A stretch of 64,000 nt of DNA from Carcharhinus amblyrhynchos (GCA_965287045.1 OZ336889.1:44516001-44580000), one strand, 5' to 3'; positions 11,180-24,486 are shown, numbered from the stretch's first letter. The notes: generated by a model from the sequence alone, not told the origin. Program-made: numbers and translations.

Positions 11180-11729
11180 GTGCGTGTTTTGCGGCTGAAC
11201 CGGCAGATGGCAATACTGCAGTTGATATACCAAGGACCGTGTAATTACATGAAGCGTATATGGGGCGAGAAATATCTCAAAATGTCAATTCCTGGCAAAA
11301 TACGTGGACACTTGGAAAATAGGGATTCGGACATGAAAGTCGTTTTCAGAATATTCTCATTAGATATTGCCAATTAATTTGGATGTTTCATGAGTTCCCC
11401 TTTTTAATGGTGAATGTCCATAATATCAGAAAATCCGAATGATGAGAAGCAGTAAGATCCCAGTGCCACTAAATGTGTTACTATCACTTCCTTTCCTGCG
11501 TCATTCACTAAAGATAATGCTGCCAGCGCCACATTAATGATCCGAACGTTCAGAAATTTGATAGGATAAAAATAGACAAAAAGGCGCGAACACGTTTCAG
11601 ACCATCACATGAACTGAATCGAAGATCAGGCCGAAGGTCGTGGCTGATGAGATCGTGGGGTCCACCCCACATTCGGTCTGCCCCTATGCTCTTTGGGTCC
11701 CTTTTCAATCAGTAATCTATCGAATTCTG

Positions 11730-13380
11730 CATTTTTTTAATGGGATGTGGGCATCGCCGGTTCGACCAGCATTTATTCCTCACCGCTAATTACCCTGGAG
11801 ATGATGGTGGTGAATTGCTTTGTTGAATCAGCGCCATCCCTGTGGTCTAAGTAAGCAATATATCCCCAGGTCAGATTGTGAATGACTTGGAGGAGAGCGC
11901 GAAGATGGTGGTGTTCCCATGTGTCTGCTCCCCTTGTACTTCTGGACGGTAGAGGTGTGATTTTGTAAGGTGTTGCCCATGGATATTGGATGGGTTTTTG
12001 CAGTACATGGTGCAGATGGTCCCAATTGCTGCCACTGTTCATCGTGACGGAAGCAGTTTGTGGAAGAGGTGCCAGTCAAGTTTTCTCCTGGATGGTGTGA
12101 GCTTCTTGAAAGTTATAGAACTTACACTCTCCTGGCCAGTGCAAATATTCCATCACACTCCAGACTTGTGCCTCGCAGGTGGTGCACAGGCTTGGGAGTC
12201 AGGAAGTGAGACACTTGCCACAGGATTCATGCCCTCCGACCTGCTCTTGTAGCCACCATATTTAAATGTCGACACCAGTTCAGTTTCTGGTCAATGGTCG
12301 GCCTTAGGAAGTCGACAGTGGCGGCATTACCGTTGGATGTCAAGAGACATTGATTAGTTGCTGGAGATGGCCATTTCCTGGCACTACTTTGTCCCGAAGG
12401 ATACTTGCCACTTGTCAACCCAAGCTTGGATATTGCACTGGACTTGCTGCATTTGGACATGGACGGCTTCATTCTCTGAGGGTGCGGGAATGGTGCTGTA
12501 CACTATGCGATCATCCCCATTCCTGACATTATGATGCAAGGAACGTTATTGGTAGAGCAGCTGAAGATAGTTGGGCCTGGAATATCATCTTGAGAAACTC
12601 TTGCAGAGAAGTGTGCAAATTAGAGGATTGAACTCCAACCACAGCAAGACTTTTCCCTGTGCCAGGTATGACTGCAGCCAGCATAGAAATTTCCCTCTGA
12701 ATCGAATTGACTCCATTATTCCTCGAGCTCTTTAATTCCACCCGTGCTGCCTTGACGTCAAAGGCAGTCACTTCACATCTGACATTCAATTACTCTTGTC
12801 CATGTTTGACTCAAAGTTGTAATGAAGTCAGGCGCTGGGTGACTAGCGGAATCCAAACTATGTGTCAGTGAGTAGGTTCCTGCTAAATTCCTGCCGTCTG
12901 ATTGTGCTGTTAATGACCCCTTCCATCAACTTGCTGATGATCTGGAGGGGCCTGATGGCTGATGAATAAGGTTGGAGATGCCCTTCTTTTTGCATAGAGG
13001 ACATAACTGGGCAATTTTCTGCAATGATGGGTAGATGCCAGTGTAGTAGACGCCCTTAAACAACTTGACAGGCGGGGCGGCATGGTCTGGAGCATAAGTC
13101 TTCAGAACTGTTGACAGAATATTGTTAGGGTCCAAAGCCTTTGCAGTATCCAACAGCTTTCGGACATGTCTTGGTATCACGTGGAGCGCATTGAATTGGC
13201 TGAAGCTTAACATCCGCGATGTTGACCATTCCTTTAGAAGGCCAAGATGTGACAGAAGATTGTTGCGAAGGCTTTAGCCTTATCTTTTCTCACTGATCAT
13301 TGAGGATGGGTACATCTGTGATGTCTTCTCTTCCAGTGAGTTGTTTAATTATCCACTACCATTCACGATGGGATATTCCT
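11730..13380 (-). mobile_element. Degenerate LINE ORF2 (RT), second family
   Basis: LDTAKALDPNNI...VLKT.AP, TGIYPSLQKIAQLCP..KK, VTAFDVKAA, and GVSQGGILGPTIFSC in the unit-3 copy; copies at ~18800-20450, ~37000-38670 and ~55520-57190. Confidence 0.85.
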
Positions 13381-13384
13381 GGTA

Positions 13385-15110
13385 AAGAGAGTTCCACAGA
13401 CTAATGTCTTCTACGGAAAATGAAATTCTCTTCATCTCCATCTCAACTGGAAAGCCTCCTATTTTAATTCATGTCCCCTCCTTCCAGTCTCCTTGGAGGG
13501 GAGGCACTTCCTCAGCATTCACCATCTCAACTTCCCTCGGGATAGTAGGTGTTTCAGCAGGATCACATTGAATTCTCCGAAACTCTAATGGGTACAAGAC
13601 CCAACTCTCCAACCGTTCCCAATATGATATCCCTTTCATCTGAAGGGGGCACCTTTCTCCGAATGTTGCTGGTGATATTGTATCCGTTCTGAGGTACCCG
13701 GGCCAACAGGAAAGTACTTTAGATGTGCTCGGGACAAAGCACGACAAATTTGTAGCGAATCTTCCCTACTTTTATATTCCATCCCACTTGCAATAGGTGA
13801 TAAAATTGCGTTTGCTTTCGTAATCACTTAAAGCTTCATGCTAAAGCTTTGTGAATCACGTTCCGGGGCACCCAGATTCCCCAGTGCTGCAGATCTTTGC
13901 ACTCTCATCTCCGTGTAAATAATTTGAGCTTTCCATTCTTCCTGCCAAAGTGGACCAATTCGCATTTCACCACATTATACTCCACCTGTTTCTTTTTACC
14001 ACTCCCGTAGCCTATCTAAATCCTGTTGGATACCATTTTTGCTCACTTCACAATTTACTTTCCCTCCTGTATTAAAGTCGTGAGAAAAAGTTGCAATCAA
14101 TCCTTCCCATCATCCATGTCGTTTCTGTAAATTGATAACAGTTGAGGCCCCAGATGTAATCCTGTGATTCACCGCCGGCTACAGTTTGCCCCTCCCCCCT
14201 ACAAAAAAATGGCTCAGTTACCCCACCTCTCTGTTTCTGTAAGGCAACCAGTCCTCGATTCGTGATGAATATTATCCTATACATGATGACCTCCTATTTG
14301 ACATTTCATATTGTATCTTTGAAACTGTTTCTTATTAAATACGTTTTGGAAATCCAAGTGTACAGGTTCCTCTTTATTCAACTTACTAATAAGTTGCTCC
14401 AGTAAGTGTATGAAATTAGTACAGTATGGCTTCATCTGTACAAAACCATGTTGGCTCTACATAATTGCAAGCGCCATGCGATAACCTTCTAATAATAGAT
14501 TTGAGCATTTAACTTTTGACAGATGTTAGGCTAACTGGCTTGTAGTTACATGTTTTCAGTTTCTTTCTTTTCTTGAATAGAGGAGATAGATATGCTATTT
14601 CCCGATCTCGTCGAGTAATAAAATAACTACACTGCAGACAGAGGGGAATCGGCCCTTCGCGTCTGCATCCACTCCCCCTCAGGGTATCTTACCCAGCTCT
14701 ATCATGTCCTAATGACTTGACAGCCTTTAGTTCTGACCGTTTTCTTAGTAGCATTGACCTGGTGGTTGTAATTGCTTTATGTTCCTCGCTCCTTTCTCCC
14801 TCTTCACCTGCAAGTATTTCTGGGACATTATTTACATATTCTCCAGCAAGGCAGAGAAAATATATCAATTCTTCTGCCATTTCCTCATTTCGTATAATTT
14901 TTCGACGTTCCTTTTCCAGAGTAACAACACTTATTTTAGTGAGCATTTTTCTTTTTAAAAGCATGTAGACATTCTTACATTCATTTTCTATGTCCAGTTA
15001 ACATTCTCTCATACTGTAAGTTCTCCTTTGTCATTACTTTATTTGTCAATCTTTGTCTGTTTTAATATTCTCCCCAATCTTTAGCTCTGCCACTAATCGC
15101 AAAGTTTCGC
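13385..15110 (-). mobile_element. Degenerate CR1-type LINE ORF2
   Basis: KANAILSPIASGMEYKSRE...RAHLKY, MKGISYWERLE, RNEEMAEEL, and NYKPISLTSV in the unit-2 copy; copies at ~20455-22170, ~38675-40390 and ~57195-58900. Confidence 0.85.
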
Positions 15111-15138
15111 ACTTTTTCTCCCACTCGGGCTCTATCAT

Positions 15139-15166
15139 TGGAGATGTTGGGACTTTAACATCTCCA
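15139..15166. other. Perfect 10-bp inverted repeat TGGAGATGTT-GGGACTTT-AACATCTCCA
   Basis: Identical at 22204-22231, 40429-40456 and 58933-58960. Confidence 0.8.
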
Positions 15167-15649
15167 TGAAGTAGGCCCGCTTTCTGTCTGTTATTTCAGC
15201 TGCATACCGTCTTCAGTCAACTTTAACCTGCATTCCTGGCCCTGTGCCAATCATTTTCCGATTCGACTGACACGCCATCAGGGTGGTTCTTCTCTCGCTT
15301 CTGCTGTCTTGTTGCATTAAACTGAACTAGTGTCTGTCTCTCTCCCTCTCTCCACACTGCAGATGTCAACTCTGTGCATTCCACCCACAGGCAAGGCCTT
15401 ATACCTCTCACTCCCTGGGTACTGACTGCACTGCATGACGTGGACCTGAGACATATCCTTTCAGTAAGTACCCTGCGATAACTTTCAGCCTAACAACTTT
15501 AATTATCTGTTCCTGATCCCTCTCCCTGACCGCCGTTTGGACATTTTCCCACTGATGGTAAAATTTTAATATTCCTTCCCCACCGTTAATTCGTTCGACG
15601 CGGGAGTCAGTAAAACTCCAACAACCGAGTCCAAATGCAAGCAAGTATG

Positions 15650-16165
15650 TTAACCCTTTTATCTTTGTTAGACCCCAGCTAGTGTATTAGTTCAGTTCTT
15701 GACAATATTCTTCGAAAGTATTTCAGAGTTTTGGAGAGTGTGCAGGAAGGTGTATTAGCATGTTTCCAGGATAAAAGTCCTCAGTTAGATGTAAGGACGG
15801 GAAACGTGGAGTTGTTCTCCTTAGAGCCGCACAGTAGATTTGATGAAGATGTTCTTAAAGGTGTTGGATAAAGAAAGTAGGAGCTGCTTCAAATGTCGGG
15901 AAGTTTGATCACCAGATGGCAAACATTTGAAATAACTCGGGAACAGGAACAGAAGAGGGCTGGTGCTGGGTAAATATGTTCCGACTCTTAATGAGCTGGA
16001 GACAATTGGATCAAGGGCTCGTGGAAGAGGATTGAACAATCCCTGTAAAGAAGATGGAAAATATGTCGAAAACTGGAGTAAGACCAAGACAGAAATTCCA
16101 GTTCTATCGCTCCTTTACAGAACCGACATGGATGCGATGGGCTGATTGCCCTCTTTCTGCGATCA
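15650..16165 (+). mobile_element. Decayed CR1-type LINE 3' end
   Basis: VRPQL...ALESVQ-like remnant and tail 'gatgggctgattgccctctttctg'; copies at ~22715, ~40930 and ~59430. Confidence 0.6.
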
Positions 16166-16759
16166 ACCTTCTCGAATTTTTTATACTGACGCAACTGCAT
16201 CTGCACCGCGATCGGCAGCTCTCCAGGCGGAGTAATTAATTCATTTCTTCTCGTTCTCCTCTGTGCGCCTCAGCTGCATAACCAAAATGTTACTTCTCCC
16301 AATTGTTCAAGGACACATGGGGTGAAGGTGTGTGACAAGCTCATGTTACCAACATTTAAAGGGCTTGCCAGATTTTGTTTAATTTTTCAAATGCGGGAGC
16401 AATAGAACATTGTTCGATGGCTTCTGCAATACTGTCGGGAGGCGGGAGGCGAGGGTCGTGTTGTGGGGGGAGGGTCACCGGTCATCAGAAATCTGATTTT
16501 AAAAACTGCTATTTTCAGCTCAGTCCGATGTCAGCAAATGCATTGACATTCTCAAACTCACTGTTTCCTATGACAGCAAATATACCCCTCAAATCAAACA
16601 ACGAACGTCACGCGAAAGCTCTGTTTCCTCGAGCATTTTATTTTGCCAAGGCTTAACTCACTGTATGCCGTGGGTTTGCAGCGCTTGAATAAAGCTGAGT
16701 GGGCAGTCTTCGCACCTCAATCACATTCTAGATAGGAAATAAATTGTTTCTCCAGGGTT

Positions 16760-17043
16760 GTCTATCATGCACTCACTTCAGATATCTATCTATCTATGTG
16801 TCGATCTATCTACCTATCTATCTAACTATCTGGCTATCTATCTCTATCCAACTGCCTGTCTCTCTATCCATCTATGCACCTATCTGTNNNNNNNNNNNNN
16901 NNNNNNNNNNNNNNNNNNNNNNNNNNNNNNNNNNNNNNNNNNNNNNNNNNNNNNNNNNNNNNNNNNNNNNNNNNNNNNNNNNNNNNNNNNNNNNNNNNNN
17001 NNNNNNNNNNNNNNNNNNNNNNNCTATCTGTCGATCTATCTAT
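16760..17043. repeat. (TCTA/TCTG)n microsatellite containing an N run (16888-17023)
   Basis: Direct inspection. Confidence 0.9.
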
Positions 17044-20000
17044 CTTCCCCCAAATTCCTTCACTCCTGGCCTCTAATTCTCATCTGTAAATACCTCCGTA
17101 AATGAAAACAAATTTTGCGCCACTGCCGCTTTGGCCTTACTTCACTGCTGCTTTTGGAACGAGTTCAGGTGAACGGGCTTTTCTGTAACACGTAAACCAA
17201 TCTGGTCAGGAGTTTCATCATCAATACCACTGCTAACAGCGTGTCACCAATATGACTGGTCATGTATTGTGCACATGTTTCCTAATAGCACAAATGTTTT
17301 TGATTTGATATGATTTGATTTCTCACTGTTTTAGATAATAGTATACAGTGACAAGTATTCTTACACGTTTTACCGACAAAGCATACCGTTCATAGAGAAG
17401 GAAAGGAGCGAGTGCAGAATGCAGTGTAACAGTCACATCTAGGGTATGGAGAAACATCAACTCAATGCGAGTTAGGTCCACTCAAAAGTCCGAGGGCAGC
17501 AGGAAAGAAGGTGTTCTTAATTTGGTTGGTACGTGTCCTCAGACTTCATCTTTTTAGCGATGGAGTCACATATGTACTGAGTAAGGATGCCAGATTTCCT
17601 GCCGGGAATGATTTTAATGAACGAATGTCTTTTTTCAGCAATTCAGTAGTTTCATGGTTAGCATGATAATAACTGATTTTGTTCAAGATTTATTGCCAGA
17701 TACCATGATGGGATTTAGTATCATTGCTTGTTCCAGGACTCTGCAATACTCATCCGGCAATTAGTCGCCGGTCTTTGGCGTCCGGCACGCTTTACAGTGT
17801 TAGTTCCTGCTCCCTTGTTTGAGGCTAGGCGTGCACCTGTCTTCGAAGCGTTTGAAATGCATCATAAACGCACGGATCGGATTTCAGCTTAATTTACTAG
17901 AGACTGAGCACTGTTTCGCCGAACACGACAGTGCGAATAACCCTTCTACAGAAATTGTGTTTCTCTCTTCCCAAGTACTACCAGATCTCCCGAATTTATC
18001 TTCAATTTTATGTTATAATTGTCATTTTATTCTTCCTGCTTTCTATTGGACTTTGCACAATTGAAGAAAGAAGTCTAAAAGGAATCCCAACGAACCTTAT
18101 GCAGAAATTGTGTTTCTCTCTTCAAAAGTGCTATCAGATCTCCCGAATTTATCCTAAATTTTATGTTATAATTGTCATTTCATTCTCCCTGCTTTCTATT
18201 GGACTATGCACAACAGATGAAAGAAGTCGGAACCGAATCCCAATGAACCTGTGCGTGTTTTGCGGCTGAACCGGCAGATGGCAATATTGTAGTTGATATA
18301 CCAAGGACCGTGTTATTACATGAAGTGTATATGGGGCGAGAAATATCTCAAAATGTCAATTCCTGGCAAAATACGTGGACACTTGGAAAATAGGGATTCG
18401 GACATGAAAGTCGTTTTCAGAATATTCTCATTAGGTATAGCCAATTAATTTGGATGTTTAATGAGTTCCCCTTTTTAATGGTGAATGTCCATAATATCAG
18501 AAAATCCGAATGATTAGAAGCAGTAAGAACCCAGTGCCACTAAATCTGTTACTATCACTTCCTTTCCTGCGTCATTCACTAAAGATAATGCTGCCAGCGC
18601 CACATTAATGATCCGAACGTTCAGAAATTTGATAGGATAAAATTAGACAAAAAGGCGCGAACACGTTTCAGACCATCACATGAACTGAAACGAAGATCAG
18701 GCCGAAGGTCGTGGCTGATGAGATCGTGGGGTCCACCCCACATTCGGTCTGCCCCTGTGCTCGTTGGGTCCCTTTTCAATCAGAAATCTATCGAATTCTG
18801 CATTTTTTAATGGGATGTGGGCATCGCCGGTTCGACCAGCATTTATTCCTCACCGCTAATTACCCTGGAGATGATGGTGGTGAATTGCTTTGTTGAATCA
18901 GCGCCATCCCTGTGGTCTAAGTAAACAATATATCCCCAGGTCAGATTGTGAATGACTTGGAGGAGAGCGCGAAGATGGTGGTGTTCCCATGTGTCTGCTC
19001 CCCTTGTACTTCTGGACGGTAGAGGTGTGATTTTGTAAGGTGTTGCCCATGGATATTGGATGGGTTTTTGCAGTACATGGTGCAGATGGTACCCACTGCT
19101 GCCACTGTTCATCGTGACGGAAGCAGTTTGTGGAAGAGGTGCCAGTCAAGTTTTCTCCTGGATGGTGTGAGCTTCTTGAAAGTTATAGAAGTTGCACTCT
19201 CCTGGCCAGTGCAAATATTCCATCACACTCCTGACTTGTGCCTCGCAGGTGGTGCACAGGCTTGGGAGTCAGGAAGTGAGACACTTGCCACAGGATTCAT
19301 GCCCTCCGACCTCTTGTAGCCACCATATTTAAATGTCGACACCAGTTCAGTTTCTGGTCAATGGTCGGCCTTAGGAAGTCGACAGTGGCGGCATTACCGT
19401 TGGATGTCAAGAGACATTGATTAGTTGTTGGAGATGGCCATTTCCTGGCACTACTTTGTCCCGAAGGATACTTGCCACTTGTCAACCCAAGCTTGGATAT
19501 TGTACTGGACTTGCTGCATTTGGACATGGACGGCTTCATTCTCTGAGGATGCACGAATGGTACTGTACACTATGCGATCATCCCCATTCCTGACATTATG
19601 ATGCAAGGAACGTTATTGGTAGAGCAGCTGAAGATAGTTGGGCCTGGAATATCATCTTGAGAAACTCTTGCAGAGAAGTGTGCAAATTAGAGGATTGAAC
19701 TCCAACCACAGCAAGACTTTTCCCTGTGCCAGGTATGACTGCAGCCAGCATAGAAATTTCCCTCTGAATCGAATTGACTCCATTATTCCTCGAGCTCTTT
19801 AATTCCACCCGTGCTGCCTTGACGTCAAAGGCAGTCACTTCACATCTGACATTCAATTACTCTTGTCCATGTTTGACTCAAAGTTGTAATGAAGTCAGGC
19901 GCTGGGTGACTAACGGAATCCAAACTATGTGTCAGTGAGTAGGTTCCTGCTAAATTCCTGCCGTCTGATTGTGCAGTTAATGACCCCTTCCATCAACTTG

Positions 20001-23000
20001 CTGATGATCTGGAGGGGCCTGATGGCTGATGAATAAGGTTGGAGATGCCCTTCTTTTTGCATAGAGGACATAACTGGGCAATTTTCTGCAATGATGGGTA
20101 AATGCCAGTGTAGTAGACGCCCTTAAACAACTTGACAGGCGGGGCGGCATGGTCTGGAGCATAAGTCTTCAGGACTGTTGACAGAATATTGTTAGGGTCC
20201 AAAGCCTTTGCAGTATCCAACAGCTTTCGGACATGTCTTGGTATCACGTGGAGCGCATTGAATTGGCTGAAGCTTAACATCCGCGATGTTGACCATTCCT
20301 TTAGAAGGCCAAGATGTGACAGAAGATTGTTGCGAAGGCTTTAGCCTTATCTTTTCTCACTGATCATTGAGGATGGGTACATCTGTGATGTCTTCTCTTC
20401 CAGTGAGTTGTTTAATTATCCACTACCATTCACGATGGGATATTCCTGGTAAAGAGAGTTCCACAGACTAATGTCTTCTACGGAAAATGAAATTCTCTTC
20501 ATCTCCATCTCAACTGGAAAGCCTCCTATTTTAATTCATGTCCCCTCCTTCCAGTCTCCTTGGAGGGGAGGCACTTCCTCAGCATTCACCATCTCAACTT
20601 CCCTCGGGATAGTAGGTGTTTCAGCAGGATCACATTGAATTCTCCGAAACTCTAATGGGTACAAGACCCAACTCTCCAACCGTTCCCAATATGATATCCC
20701 TTTCATCTGAAGGGGGCACCTTTCTCCGAATGTTGCTGGTGATATTGTATCCGTTCTGAGGTACCCGGGCCAACAGGAAAGTACTTTAGATGTGCTCGGG
20801 ACAAAGCACGACAAATTTGTAGCGAATCTTCCCTACTTTTATATTCCATCCCACTTGCAATAGGTGATAAAATTGCGTTTGCTTTCGTAATCACTTAAAG
20901 CTTCATGCTAAAGCTTTGTGAATCACGTTCCGGGGCACCCAGATTCCCCAGTGCTGCAGATCTTTGCACTCTCATCTCCGTGTAAATAATTTGAGCTTTC
21001 CATTCTTCCTGCCAAAGTGGACCAATTCGCATTTCACCACATTATACTCCACCTGTTTCTTTTTACCACTCCCGTAGCCTATCTAAATCCTGTTGGATAC
21101 CATTTTTGCTCACTTCACAATTTACTTTCCCTCCTGTATTAAAGTCGTGAGAAAAAGTTGCAATCAATCCTTCCCATCATCCATGTCGTTTCTGTAAATT
21201 GATAACAGTTGAGGCCCCAGATGTAATCCTGTGATTCACCGCCGGCTACAGTTTGCCCCTCCCCCCCTACAAAAAAATGGCTCAGTTACCCCACCTCTCT
21301 GTTTCTGTAAGGCAACCAGTCCTCGATTCGTGATGAATATTATCCTATACATGATGACCTCCTATTTGACGTTTCATAATGTATCTTTGAAACTGTTTCT
21401 TATTAAATACGTTTTGGAAATCCAAGTGTACAGGTTCCTCTTTATTCAACTTACTAATAAGTTGCTCCAGTAAGTATATGAAATTAGTACAGTATGGCTT
21501 CATTTGTACAAAACCATGTTGGCTCTACATAATTGCAAGCGCCATGCGATAACCTTCTAATAATAGATTTGAGCATTTAACTTTTGACAGATGTTAGGCT
21601 AATTGGCTTGTAGTTACATGTTTTCAGTTTCTTTCTTTTCTTGAATAGAGATAGATATGCTATTTCCCGATCTCGTCGAGTAGTAAAATAACTACACTGC
21701 AGACAGAGGGGAATCGGCCCTTCGCGTCTGCATCCACTCCCCCTCAGTGTATCTTACCCAGCTCTATCATGTCCTAATGACTTGACAGCCTTTCGTTCTG
21801 ACCGTTTTCTTAGTAGCATTGACCTGGTGGTTGTAATTGCTTTATGTTCCTCGCTCCTTTCTCCCTCTTCACCTGCAAGTAATTCTGGGACATTATTTAC
21901 ATATTCTCCAGCAAGGCAGAGAAAATATATCAATTCTTCTGCCATTTCCTCATTTCGTATAATTTTTCGGCGTTCCTTTTCCAGAGTAACAACACTTATT
22001 TTACTGAGCATTTTTCTTTTTAAAAGCATGTAGACATTCTTACATTCATTTTCTATGTCCAGCTAACATTCTCTCATACTCTAACTTCTCCTTTGTCATT
22101 ACTTTATTTGTCAATCTTTGTCTGTTCTAATATTCTTCCCAATCTTTAGCTCTGCCACTAATCGCAAAGTTTCGCACTTTTTCTCCCACTCGGGCTCTAT
22201 CATTGGAGATGTTGGGACTTTAACATCTCCATGAAGTAGGCCCGCTTTCTGTCTGATATTTCAGCTGCATACCGTCTTCAGTCAACTTTAACCTGCAATC
22301 CTGGCCCTGTGCTAATCATTTTCCGATTCGACTGACACGCCATGAGGGTGGTTCTTCTCTCGCTTCTGCCGTCTTGTTGCATTAAACTGAACTAGTATCT
22401 GTCTCTCTCCTTCTCTCCACACTGCAGATGTCAACTCTGTGCATTCCACCCACAGGCAAGGCCTTTTACCTCTCGCTCCCTGGGTACTGACTGCACTGCA
22501 TGACGTGGACCTGAGACATATCCTTTCAGTAAGAACCCTGCGATAACTTTCAGCCTAACAACTTTAATTATCTGTTCCTGATCCCTCTCCCTGACCGCCG
22601 TTTGGACATTTTCCCACTGATGGTAAAATTTTAATATTCCTTCCCCACCCTTCATTCGTTCGACGCGGGAGTCAGTAAAATTCCAACAACCGAGTCCATA
22701 TGCAAGCAAATATGTTAACCCTTTTATCTTTGTTAGACCCCAGCTAGTGTATTAGTTCAGTTCTTGACAATATTCTTCAAAAGTATTTCAGAGCTTTGGA
22801 GAGTGTGCAGGAAGGTGTATTAGCATGTTTCCAGGATAAAAGTCCTCAGTTAGATGTAAGGACGGGAAACGTGGAGTTGTTCTCCTTCGAGCCGCACAGT
22901 AGATTTGATAAAGATGTTCTTAAAGGTGTTGGATAAAGAAAGTAGGAGCTGCTTCAAATGTCGGGAAGTTTGATCACCAGAAGACAAACATTTGAAATAA

Positions 23001-24128
23001 CTCGGGAACAGGAACAGAAGAAGGCTGGTGGTGGGTAAATACGTTCCGACTCTTAATGATCTGGAGACAACTGGATCAAGGGCTGGTGGAAGAGGATTGA
23101 ACAATCCCTGTCAAAAAGGTGGAAAATATGTGGAAAACTGGAGTAAGACCAAGGCAGAAATTCCAGTTCTATCGCTCCTTTACAGAACCGACATGGATGC
23201 GATGGGCTGATTGCCCTCTTTCTGCGATCAACGTTCTCGAATTTTTTATACTGACACAACTGCCTCTGCACCGCGATCGGCAGCTCTCCAGGCGAAGTAA
23301 TTAATTCATTTCTTCTCGTTCTCCTCTGTGCGCCTCAGCTGCATAACCAAAATGTTACTTCTCCCAATTGTTCAAGGACACATGGGGTGAAGGTGTGTGA
23401 CAAGCTCATGTTATCAACATTTAAAGGGCTTGCTTGATTTTGTTTAATTTTTCAAATGAGGGAGCAATAGAACATTGTTCGATGGCTTCTGCAATACTGT
23501 CGTGCGGCGGGAGGAGAGGGTGGTGTTGTGGGGGGAGGATAACCGGTCATCAGAAATCTGATTTTAAAAAACTGCTATTTTCAGCTCAGTCCGATGTCGG
23601 CAAATGCATTGACATTCTCAAACTCATTGTTTCCTATGACAGCAAATATACCCCTCAAATCAAACAACGAAAGTCATGCGAAAGCTCTGTTTCCTAGAGC
23701 ATTTTATTTTGCCAAGGCTTAACTCAGTGTGCGAGCCGTGGGTTTGCAACGCTTGAATAAAGCTGAGCGGGCAGTCTTCGCACCTCAATCACATTCTAGA
23801 TAGGAAATAAATTGTTTCTCCAGGATTGTCTATCATTCACTCACTTCAGATATCTATCTATCTATCTATGTGTCGATCTATCTACCTATCTATCTAACTA
23901 TCTGGCTATCTCTATCCAACTGCCTGTCTGTCTATCTATCATTGCAGCTGTCTGTCTGTCTATCTATCCAACCATCTGTCTGTCTATCTGTCTATCTATC
24001 TATATATCTATCTATCTATTTGTCTGTCTACCTATCTATCTATCTATTTCTCAGTCTACCTATCTATCTGTCGACCTATCTATCTGTTTCCCTGTCTATC
24101 TGTCTGCCTACCCGTGTATCCATCCATC
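17044..24128 (+). repeat. Second copy of the ~7.07 kb spacer block
   Basis: Near-identical to 9970-17043; ends in the microsatellite preceding the cluster 2 promoter. Confidence 0.92.
23826..24128. repeat. (TCTA/TCTG)n microsatellite upstream of cluster 2
   Basis: Direct inspection. Confidence 0.92.
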
Positions 24129-24486
24129 GCGAAAAGCTAATACGGAGTCTGGCCTTAGGCGTCTCCGTGTGCACATGAAATCTCAACTCACACTTTTCGC
24201 CTTTAATTTATTCACCAAGGACGTTACGCCTATTAAACAGCTTACTGCCCGCAATATTTGTTTATTGTAATCTGGAGGCTTCGGGACATCAAGCCACGAT
24301 TCATTTAATCTGTTTTATGTTTCACTGCACCGTTTGTTTGTTTCTGGGGGACGGGGGTTGGGTATTGAGCCATTTTACATGCTATTCTGCGCCTTGGGAG
24401 ATTTATATTTCTTCTTTTCCAAAATGGCTGACCTGCTCATTCTGCAAATATCAGACAATACCGAAATGGAGATCTTCGACCTAATA

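Larger units (their letters stand above)
9970..17043 (+). repeat. First copy of a ~7.07 kb gene-less spacer block
   Basis: Starts 'cttcccccaaattccttcactcctgg', which recurs at 17044; ORF-track peptides recur at an offset of ~7070. Confidence 0.92.

Noticed and set aside
10860-11198. 112-aa ORF with two repeated hydrophobic segments resembling a membrane protein
   Set aside because: Product of the 153-bp tandem duplication in AT-rich DNA; non-ATG start and not preserved in units 2 and 3
11730-15110. Possible intact or domesticated reverse transcriptase linked to each Ig cluster
   Set aside because: All RT-like segments are fragmented by stops and frameshifts; their recurrence only reflects duplication of the whole unit
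23812-24270. Long hydrophobic ORFs rich in LSIY (also 16744-17105 and 42123-42695)
   Set aside because: Translations of the TCTA microsatellite and N runs
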